From the NCBI GenBank assembly GCA_965603825.1, contig CBFDEM010000059.1, positions 1 through 64,000 on the forward strand: a stretch of 64,000 bases of DNA. The letters run 5' to 3'. How positions within the stretch are numbered: the first letter of the stretch is position 1; every line of letters begins with the position of its first letter. Positions 53,678 to 64,000 of the stretch are shown here, in pieces. The stretch comes from Blepharisma stoltei ATCC 30299 (taxonomy: Eukaryota; Protista; Ciliophora). Both the position numbers and the translations under genes were made by a program. The notes under the pieces were generated by a model. That model was not told the origin of the DNA. It saw only the letters and a list, made by a program, of their open reading frames with translations, and searched no databases.

Positions 53678-54544
53678 TTTCAGATTTAATTGTAAAAAAC
53701 TGTTTATATGCATAATCAAATAAAAAATTACTAATAAAACAATCAACCGATTTTAGCTATTTATTTAAATAAAATAATTTTTTATAGAGAAAGATAATAA
53801 AACTTTAGCCAAATTCGAGATTCAAGTAGAAGATATTCTGACTAGTCCTTTTGAAACAAAGCCAAATTAATTTTGCTATGCGTTAAATTAAGAATTTTTA
53901 TTAAAAAAACTCCCAGACTTTAAAAGAGTGAATTTAAGAGATTATTTAACTTTTCATTTTTCTGCAATAGCCTTAACATTAGACTGCCAATTCTTCCATT
54001 TCCGCTTCGATTGCAAGATATTATCAAAAAAGATATGCTTCTATTCAGAAATCCTCATAAATCTTCTCTTTTCCCATTTATTAATAATGTCTCATTACAT
54101 TATTGCAAAATGTTACTTAAGTATAATATTAAGGAGCTCTATTTTTAAATTCTTATAAAGAATTATATATCTACTCTTAGACGATAGATAAAGATTCTAT
54201 ACTCTATTTCATCTTTTGAGAGATTGGATTATTTAAAGATTAGTTCCTAAGCTGCTGGCCGTATAATTTCTTATAATGACTATTATTTGCACTTCGAAGC
54301 CGAATTATAAAGTAGGAATCCCTATAATGCTGAGAAAAAATTTTTAAATTGAAACAATGCCAGATGATTTAGAAAACTTCAACTTTGGATGAACTGAACG
54401 CTTATACTCATTAAATAAAATAATTCTGCTACATAAAGTATCTTTTCAATCGCAGATTCTGAAATTGCAATTTATAATTTTGAATGAGAAAGTTTAATCC
54501 TCTGAGAATGCTGCCTCCAAGCTAACATTGAAGTATAAGTTTTT

Positions 54545-54633
54545 GCTTAAATCAGCTCCTGACTGTAGACCTCTCGAAAATAAGGAACCGGTTCCTTATT
54601 CCCGAAAGGTCTACAGTGAGATGCTATTTAAGC
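54545..54633. repeat. Imperfect palindrome (fold-back) centred at 54589/54590
   Basis: actgtagacctctcgaaaataaggaacc|ggttccttattcccgaaaggtctacagt: 28-bp arms, 3 mismatches, no spacer, extending to gcttaaat...atttaagc. Confidence 0.85.
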
Positions 54634-55200
54634 TGAAATCTAAATTTCTGAATTCAGTTTCGTCTCTACTTAATATGCAAGCTCATTTAAGCTGAAAAAT
54701 ATGTTAATTTAAGTATTTCGTATAATTTTTTTTTAAAATCATAAGTTATAATTTGCAAACTGTACCAGAAGTATATTTAGCAGGGAGTCATTTGCAATAT
54801 TTATTCTATTGAAATAGCAGTATTTCAATGATTTCACTGCTCTACTAAGATTAAGAATTTGAATTTATTGGCAAGGATAAAAGGTTCAGATACCTAAGTT
54901 TTGCATTTCATTATTATTTTAGGCAATTCAAAACTCAATCTTTAAGTTAAATAAGATGAGATATTCATAAGTTTTATTTGAATTTGGTATAATTTCTAAA
55001 CTTTTGGTATGGTATAGTATTTAAACTTATATGAAATAACGGTATAGGCTCTTTATGACCAGCAGCTCCTTTGCTATTATATTAATCTTTTAAGGAGCAA
55101 TATCAAGGAGAGCTCTGGAATTTTCATATTAGCTAAACTTCTAGGTATATAAATGGGAATTTTTATAGAGCGATATACCATTGAGAATGAATTTATTAAA

Positions 55201-56817
55201 TTAAAATTTAAGCTGCTTATTTTTCAGTTCATTTAGCAGTTTTTCATCTAAATTAAACTTGTAGTATCTCTTTTTATGTTTTTCGAAGAAACTATATTCA
55301 AATATCCCAATATAGAATTCTCCTTTGTTGTTTAAAATATAAACTTGCCAAGGAAGATTGCTGCTTGGCGAAGCAGAAACTCGTGCCCAGTCAGTATCGC
55401 TTCCCATTCCACATTCATAAACTGACCCATTATTACCATACTCAATCAAATACAGCCTCTCTGCGTTTATCAGGAGCTTTCTTTTCTCTGCCATAAATTC
55501 GAAAGGAATAGTCGTGAAAGAATTGGTATCAATTGAATATCGCAAAAGATTCTTATTTAGCCATCCAGAAATCAAGATATTTCCATTAATTATGATGCTA
55601 TTGCAATAGGCATCCACTTGAGTCATTGGAGTTAGCTTATTCCATCGATTTTCATTTAAATCAAACCTATCTGATAAAGCTGAATGAATAGGGTAATTGA
55701 CATCTATCCCTCCAAAACAATAAATACTCCCGTTAAAATAGGTAGCTGAGGAGTAGTTACAAGGTGTTCCAATGGGCAGGTTTCGAATTTCATAATTTTT
55801 ACCAATTATCAACGCAAATCCTGAAGATGGAGGGTGTATACCGAAACAGAACAATTCGCCATTTGGAAGCCTAGCAATGCATGTGCCTGGGTCGAACGGC
55901 TCCTCAGTCTCTAGAGGTATCACCTCTTCCCTTTCATTATCAGTGTCATAAATAAGCAAATTCTTATCATCAATAAGGTAAATATTGCTGCTTGTCTCAT
56001 CTATTTCTGGATCTGCAGGCTTTTTGATTGATTCTTTATCTTTTTTACCGAATGTCATCTCAACAGTTTTTCCACTCGAGTATTTATCAGAGCTATAAAT
56101 ATCAGAGTCCTTACTCTTGTTTTCTAAGCTGCCCTCTTCAAGCTCTTGCATAATTTTCTCAGTATCTCCTATAAGTTCCTGAATATAACTCTGCAATTTC
56201 ACTAGCTCATTTGCATTTTCATTGGCACTTGCTTTGCAGTTTTCAAGAAAGCTGTCTATTTGTAAAATCTTGTTCAGCAAGTTATCCTCAATAAAGCAGC
56301 TTATCATTTTCTTGACAAACTTGCTTTTTCCAAAAATTTCTTTAGCATAATTCGGTGGAACTGTGCTCTCTGGAATAAATTTTTTTACCCTTAAAACCGC
56401 ATTTTCACGATTTAAAGAAAGTGATTTTATCAATGGGTCTTTCTCCAATTTGGATACTGCTTCAACATGATTAACTTTGTCAATATATTTTTGCAATTCT
56501 TCTATCTCTACGTCTACTTTCTTAAGAAACTCTTTCATTCTTTGTTCTAGATCACAAAAATGATTGCTAAAAGAATTTAAGAGATCTTTCTTTAGCTCTT
56601 CCTTTTTCTTGATTTCTTGTGAGATATAGTTGCATATTGCTTCTTTGGTTCCATATATTGGATCAAAGAGAAGAGGGTTTAATTGATGAATTTTACCAGG
56701 GTCTTTGGTGTGCTGTTTTAAGTGATGCTCGCATGTGTAAGTTTCAGGATTTGTACACTTGCATACAAAAGCAACCTGTCGTAAGCATTTTGCTGCTCAG
56801 CATGGCTTAAGTTCCAT
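55201..56817 (-). CDS. Cys/His Zn module + coiled coil + Kelch-like propeller protein (538 aa)
   Basis: Starts MELKPCWAAKC...CKC...CEHHLKQH, reading through a TGA at codon 7. Kelch motifs LFCFG, IYCFGG, RFDLNENRW. Confidence 0.88.
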
Positions 56818-56844
56818 TTTATTATATCTATAATATTTTAGTGT

Positions 56845-57165
56845 CATTTGACAATTCGCTTTCATAGATTGATCCATTATAATCACATTCAATTAAATAC
56901 AGTCTCGTTGCACTTATAAGAATTTTGCATTTTTTAGCTTAAAATCATAAGGAATTGCTCCGAAAGTGTTGCTACCAATTGAATATCTCAAAAGATTTTT
57001 ATTTTTACTTTCAGAAATCACAATATCCCTGTTAAATATTGCACTATTGCAATGGTAATTTAATTTATCGGTTTTCATTTAAATCAAATCTCTCTGATAG
57101 AGTTAAATAAATACGATTATATCCTCCAAAGCAATAAACACTATTATTGAAATAGATATAACTTT
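56845..57165 (-). pseudogene. Internal Kelch family remnant
   Basis: Reads YFNNSVYCFGGYN...LSERFDLNENR*..NLLRYSI..RLYLIE, matching the adjacent intact gene. Confidence 0.75.
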
Positions 57166-57207
57166 TCAATTTAATACTCTAATATATTAAATTTCTAAAG
57201 TCTTAAA

Positions 57208-60200
57208 TTAATCAACTTCCTTTGCAATTGAAAAATCCTTCGGCATTAAATCTACAGATGATGGACGACGATCCGGGACGATTTTTGCAAGAGCATTCTT
57301 GGAGTGCTTACCAAAAGTAAATGCGAACTTGAATAAATGAGTTGTATCTAAGCCTTTTTTCCGATACAGAAGGCTGGGATACTTTCTTCTTTGCACATAA
57401 ATTCCGACAAGAGCAATTATTATTCATCCTACACACACTACTGAAAAATAAATATACGCGTTTCCTTTAGTGTTTGATGAGATTGTCGAGATCACAGAAA
57501 GCCAGACCACACCAATTAAGCTCAAAGCTTGCCACCAGCACAGTCTTGGATAATTATAGGGCTTATATCTAAATATAAATCCAATGTACGCCACCATTAG
57601 AAGAGAAAAAAAGGTTCCATGGATAGTGCTATCAGCCCTTTTAACTGTTTTATTCATGACGATAAATATGACTTGAACCACAGTTTTTATCATTAAAAAT
57701 GGAGGAGCTGTATGTATATGTACCATGTGCTGCAATTCTTGCCACAAAGGTCTGCACAGAGTAGCCAGTGGTTCATAAAGCACAAGTCGCCTAAAATAGG
57801 CATTAAATAGTCTGCAAGCCAAGCTAAAAATCTGAAAGCTGTCACACTGGGGTATTTTTCATCTAATCTGAGTAGAACAACTAAGCATAAAACTAGCCAA
57901 AATAAAATAGCCCCAAAGACTCCATCTATTAGAATTCAAAATATCCCTTTCTGGAGAGCAAAGATATTTTCCAAGCTGAAAGAAAGAGAGCTACTAATTT
58001 TTGCTAGGATGCTATTTATTGGGGTTATATCTGGTCCCATGGCCGCAAACTGGAAAAATTCAATGCCTATGGTTATCTCAACAATAATATCTTGCAGCGA
58101 CATTTCTTGCTTTTCTTTAAGCTCTTCAATGGCTATATTTCATCATTTTTTTCATATATATGCTGTGACAGCTAAAGATACTAAAGCAAACATAAAGCAG
58201 ATAGAAAAAACGATAATTCTTCCTTTAGCAAATGCTCTTACCAACTTATCAGGGAAAGGGCATTTATTATTTTGGTTTCTTAGGTCATCTGGCTTTACTG
58301 TAGTTCCATCTCCATAAATGAGAGGTGTGCTAATACTCAACATTGTGCTGCCGAATGGGCGAAATTCTCCCACTTTGTATGTTGTCACATTTCCAGAATT
58401 TGTATCTATTTTGCAGGTCATTATATCAAAAGCATCCATAACTCTATCGTTGCTGCTTTTGTCAATAGAAACTATTCCTGTGCACCCGGTAAACTTTTGA
58501 GCTCTGATTGTTAAATTTAATTGGTAAGGATCAGAATAATCAAATCCTTGGTTTATCATGTAGTCCAAAGCTATCCCTATTAAATATGCTGCATCATAAC
58601 TAGAGCAAGTACTGGGAAGTGGAAAACCATTATATCTAGATAATATCTGCGAGTAAGCAAATTCCCCAACCTTACCTACTCAATTTCGCCCACTAATAGA
58701 TATCATTGGAACTCCAGTTTCCTTAATCTTTAATTCATCAGCATTATCATCGTATATTCTCGTTGGAAATATTGCTTCCTTTGCAACAAAAATAAGGAGA
58801 TCTCCTTTTCTTAAGCCCAAATCATAGAGCTCTTCGATGACATAATATAATGGAGGTGGCATAAAAAATAAAACTAGAAGTCTTGCATTTGTATCCATGG
58901 CTTTCTTCAATGTTCCAGAGTATTTTTTTATACTAGTTCTATTTAGATCTTCAGGTATCGCCCTTAAGTTTTCAGAATTTAAAATTTCTATTTCATATTG
59001 CTCTGCATTGCTTATAAGTGCTAAATATTCTGATTTCGAAGATACATCATCTGAATATAAAACACAGATTTTCCTTCATCCTAAAGCTCTAAATAAAAGC
59101 AAACTCAGCGATAAAAGATAGCGGTTTGATACAATTACTCTTGTAAACAGAGGATAAAGTGACGTAGAATTCAATGAATAATCATTAGAATCTGACCCAA
59201 CAACTGGGATGGTTAAATTAAAGTTTTTAAAAAAATTAATTTCTGCAATAGTCGTTAAAGAGCTAGGCGGTGATATGTGTGCAAGCCCAAATTTATCTAT
59301 ATCTTTGGCAAAGCAAGCTGGTGTCAATTCTTTATCATAAGTAACAGAACCGCAATCAAAAATAAAATAGTTTATTTGAAAATGTGCTAAAATTCCAAGT
59401 GCACCTTCATTAATTAAACTTCATGCTGTGTAAGCGCAATAATATAAAAGAGGAGCGACATATAGAGGAGGAGCTCCAGGGTTATAAGAGCCTCCAGAAA
59501 CTGTCGTGTGCAAAATCTTTTTATTTGATTTGGGCACGTCAGTAGTATTTCCAGGGAAAATCAAGGTTTTCGAGATTGTTACTGATCCAGCAGAGACTGA
59601 TCCAACTATTTGCCTTTGATTGTCTTGAATATTTACAATAGAAAATTGTTTTTTCTCACTATATATCTTCAGCAAAAGTTTTATTTCTTCAGTTGTTTCT
59701 GCTGTTTGATTCAATAAATACAGAATTAAATTTTCTAGAAAACTAATTAAAAGATTTTCTTGAGAGCTAGCATATTCTTGCCTTACAGCAGTCACAATAA
59801 TTGCTCCATTGTTTTTACAGTCATAGCAGCTATTTTGGGTTAGCAATATCCCATCTCCTTTTAAAAGGAGTTTTTTGGATTTCAATGTCTCCTGAATTTT
59901 TGATGAGAGAACAGAATTTGCAAAAATGTAATACAAAGTTGCTCCTAAAGGCTTGATAGCTCTTTTTACTGCCTTTTCAAGGCATGCTGACGATTCTATA
60001 GTTATATAATCAAAAGTTTGTGAATACTCTAGAAATTTCTGCTTGATGTATGCATGATCTTTATCAGTGATTACAAGTCCATGAGTTCAATTAAAGTAAG
60101 CTAAAGCCGCAAAATATGCATCGGTTTGGGCTGAGTTTGATGGAGAGATACTATATGTCCATTCGTCGTAAAGAGATTCTTGATTTTTCTGAGGAACCAA

Positions 60201-60521
60201 ATGAATTTTATTATTTTCTTTGCATAATTGAGAAAGGCTCAATTGTGTTTCAAAACTTTCTGATAAATCAAGAACGATAATGGCATTTGGATGTGAATTA
60301 ACTCAGTCTGAAATTAAAGAATAATCGCATTGATACCACTCGACAACTGACTCAAATTGATATTTTGTTTCTTCAAATCAAATTTGATTGAACCTGTTCA
60401 TATCATTTTGAGCAATAATAATTTCAAACGAAGAACACAAATTGAGCATTGCTAAAAAAGATAATATCTTTATAAATCCGATATCAGAAAAATACTTCGA
60501 TATTTTAGCCTTTTTGTTCAT
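57208..60521 (-). pseudogene. Receptor-like copy G with a 157-bp frameshifting deletion at 57775-57777
   Basis: Colinear with D except that D 19497-19653 is absent; the junction retains one TAT. Confidence 0.85.
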
Positions 60522-60589
60522 TTTTTTTAACTAAGCAAAAACGAAAATTCTGTTTTATTATTTTGATATAGCAACATAAACTCATTTAT

Positions 60590-63500
60590 AAGGCAAAAAA
60601 GTAACAAAATTCATTTCGTTCCTCAAAAAAAATACGACTCCACTTACTATGACGAATGAACATATGACATCATTCCATAAAACCTAGCTCAAGAAAATGC
60701 ATATTTTTCAATTTTAGCTTACTTTAATTGAACTCGTGGACTAGTAATCACTGATGAAGATAATGCATACATCAAGCAGAAATTTCTAGAGTATTCAGAG
60801 ACTTTTGACTTTATAACTATAGAATCATCGGCAACTCTTGAAAATTTGGTAAACAGAATTATCAAGCCTTTAGGTGCAGCTTTGTGTTACATTTTTGCAA
60901 ATTCTGTTCTCTCACTAAAAATTCAGGAAACGCTAAAATCCAAAAAGCTCCTATCAAGAGGAGATGGGATATTACTAAGTCAAAATAGCGGTTATAAAAG
61001 CAAAATTAATGGAGGGATTATTGTGACTGCTGCAGGACAAGAATATGCGATTTCCCAAGAACAATTTTTAATTAGCTCTTTTGAAAATTTAATACAATAT
61101 TTACTAAATCACACAGCAGAAACAGCAGAAGAGCTAAAGCATTTGTTAAAGATATATAACGAGAAAACTCAATTCTCTATTATAAATATTCAGGGCAATC
61201 AAAGACAAGTAGTTGGATCAGTTACTACTGGATCAGTAACTATCTTCAAAGATTTTATTTACCCTGGAAATGCTACTGATGTGCCAAGATCAGATAAAAA
61301 AATTTTGCACATGACAGTCTCTGCAGGCTCTACCAACCCTGGAACTCCTCCTATAACCGTTGCGCCTCTTGTATATTATGGCGCTTATACAGCATGAAGT
61401 TTAATTAACGAAGGCAAACTTGGAATTTTAAGACATTTCCAAATAAAGTATTTTATTTTTGATTGTGGTGTTATTACTTATGATGAAGAATTTGCAACAG
61501 CCTGCTTTAAAGATATAGATAAATTTGGATTAGCACATATACTGCGCCTACCTCCTTAATGACAATTGGAGAAATAGATCTCTTCAAAAGCTTAAATTTA
61601 ACTATCCCAGTCGTTGGATCTTCAGCTGATGACTATTCATTAAATTCTACATCACTGTTTCCTCTGTTTACTAGAGTAGTTATGTCAAACCGCTATATTT
61701 ACTCTCTGACTTCGCTATTACTTAAAGCTTTAGGCTGAAGGAAAATCTGTTTTTTATATTCTGATGATGTGTCTGGAAAGTCAGCATATTCAGCGCTTAT
61801 TGGCAATGCAGAGCAATATAACATAGAAATTCTAAATTCTGAAAATTCAAGAGTGGTTCCTGCAGATCTAAATAGAACTAACATAAAAAATTACTCTGAT
61901 TTATTGCAAACAATTATTGATACACAAGCAAGGCTTCTAGTTTTATTATTATTACCACCTGTATTATATTATGCAATTGAAGAACTTTATGATATGGGTT
62001 TAAGGAAAGGAGATCTCGTTATTTTAGTTCAAAGCCAAGAAATGATTACACTAATTCAATACGATTTTTTGTATGAATATAAGGTTAAGGAAACTGCGGT
62101 TCCAATGATGGCTGTTAGTGGGCGAAATTGAGTCGGCAAAGTGGGGGAATTTGCTTACACAGAGATAGTATCTCGATATAATGGTGTACCATTCGCCAAC
62201 ACTTGCTCTGGCTACGATGCAGCATATTTAATCGGGATTGCTTTGGAATACACTATAAACCAAGGATATGATTATAATGATCCTTACCAAATAAATTCGG
62301 CAATCAGAGTTCAAAAGTTTGCTGGGTGTACAGGAATAGTTTCTATTAATAAAAACAGCAATGATAGAGTTATGGATGCTTTTGACATCATGGTCGGCAA
62401 AATAGACAAAAACTCCGGAAGTATGATCTCGTACAAAATGGGTGAATTTCGCCCATTTGGCAGTACATTGCTGGCTATTAATGCACCTTTTATTTATGGA
62501 GATGGAAGTACTGTAAAGCCAGATGACCTTAGAAACCAAAATAATAAATGCCCTTTTCCTGATAAGTTGGTAAGGACATTTGCTAAAGGAAGAATTCTCA
62601 TTTTTTCTATATGCTTTATGTTTGCTTTAGTGTCTTTCATAGCAACAGCATTCATATGAAAAAATTGATGAAATATAACTATTAAAGAGCTTAAAGAAAA
62701 GCAAGAAATTTCACTACAAGATATTATTGTTGAGACAACCATAGGAATTGAATTTTTCCAATTTGCAGCTATGGGGCCAGATATAGCCCCAATAAATAGC
62801 TTCTTACTACGCCTTCCATTCGCGAACATGTATTTTTTGGATTAAAAGCAGTACAAAAACTAAATTTTATGTTGAAAAACTATATAAATGAATAAAAAAG
62901 ATTCAAATGAGAAATTATGCGCCGTTAATTAAAGTTTATTAGAGAGATTATAAATATTTATTTGTTTTAAAAAGCCTAATATTTGGTAAATTTTGAAGAA
63001 TTAATCTAATTTTTCTCAAAATGCGAAAATACGCTCTTCTTTTATGTGGCTATAATTTCTTTTTAAGCCTTTATGTCTTTATTTTCTTAGCAAAAATCAG
63101 TAATTCTCTTTCTTTCAATCTAGAAAATATGTTTGCTCTACAGAAAGGAATATTTTGAATCGTCATAGATGGAGTTTATGGAGCCATTATACTTTGGCTA
63201 ATTTTATGTTTAGTTATTCTGCTCAGCTTAGATGAAAAATATCCTAAAGTGACGGCTTTCAGGATTTTAGCTCGACTTGCAGACTATTTAATGCCTATTT
63301 TAGGAAATTTGTGCTTTATACCTTTTGTTTCAATTTGCTTAAATGTGTTTATATGCGATCATTCTATTGGAGATAGCTTTACTGAGAGTTTTCTTGCTGC
63401 CGACTGTTATTATTTTTGCTGGAAAGATGAGCACCTAATATATGCAATTCTTTCTTTTATTGCGCTCTTATGCTATGAGCCATTGGCTGTTCTGTGCAGA

Positions 63501-64000
63501 CCTTTGTGGCAAGAATTGCAGCACATGGTACATATACATACATCTCCTCCGTTTTTAATGGTAAAAACTGCCATTCAAGTTATATTTATAGTTATGAATA
63601 AAACAGTTAAAAGGGCAGATAGCACTATCCATGGAGCCATTTTTGCTGTTCTAATGGTTGCGTACATTGGATTTATATTTAGATATAAGCCCTATAATTA
63701 CCCAAGACTGTGCTGGTGACAAGCTTTGAGTTTAATTGGTGTGGTCTGGCTTTCTGTGATGTCGACAATCTCATCAAACACTAAAGGAAACGCGTATATT
63801 TATTTTCCAGTAGTGTGCATAGGATGAATCATAATTGCTCTTGTCGGAATTTATGTGCAAAGAAGAAAGTATCCCAGTCTTTTGTATAGAAAAAACTTAG
63901 ATACAACTCATTTATTCAAGTTCGCATTTACTTTTGGTAAGCACTCCAAGAATGCACTTGCAAAAATTGTCCCAGATCGTCGCACATCTGTAGATTTAAT
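60590..64000 (+). pseudogene. Receptor-like copy H: 5'-truncated, frameshifted near 61510-61550, carrying a 283-bp insertion, and running off the window end
   Basis: Similarity to D begins about 100 codons in (NKIHFVPQK) and continues to DRRTSVDL at the window edge. Confidence 0.85.
62807..63089. mobile_element. 283-bp AT-rich insertion bounded by TTCTTA direct repeats (retained IES-like sequence or small mobile insert)
   Basis: TTCTTA at 62801-62806 and 63084-63089. Removing the insert restores INSFLAKIS and the reading frame seen in the paralogs. No terminal inverted repeats and no GT-AG ends. Confidence 0.7.

Noticed and set aside
53928-54158. 76-aa ORF, or a short Lys/Glu-rich frame on the opposite strand
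   Set aside because: No recognisable motif, and too short to support.
4862-62829. Many short antisense or overlapping ORFs in the supplied track (e.g. 5261-5515, 22148-22555, 49609-50064)
   Set aside because: They are shadows of real genes on the opposite strand or in another frame, and have no independent motifs.
3034-63720. In-frame TGA as selenocysteine or as mass pseudogenisation
   Set aside because: TGA aligns with TGG and with conserved Trp positions across many unrelated genes.

Overview
This is a telomere-capped end of an AT-rich ciliate somatic (macronuclear) chromosome, most likely Blepharisma (a heterotrich). Three things point to that: a ~2.4 kb (CCCTAACA)n telomere, UGA read as Trp (the supplied ORFs are fragments of long genes split at TGA), and 15-nt GT..AG introns. 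From the telomere inward there is a Kelch-gene remnant, then a ~4.8 kb single-ORF non-LTR retrotransposon whose endonuclease has lost its catalytic core. Next comes a rearranged array of ~1150-aa receptor-like genes (two tandem Venus-flytrap-like domains plus ~9 TM segments) at 7.5-25.4 kb, with a second cluster at 57-64 kb. The central block holds a lipid-anchored pseudokinase, a p24/GOLD protein, an F-box gene array, a Zn-module/WD40 protein, a RAP-like mitochondrial protein, two kinases, two ATP-grasp-like/truncated-globin fusions, an EF-hand/WD40 protein and a Zn-module/Kelch protein. The most notable signals are the mosaic, pocket-variable receptor repertoire, several TA-bounded deletions and insertions resembling IES excision or retention, and the ATP-grasp-globin fusion. 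All translations and domain calls were made by eye; no database searches were run.
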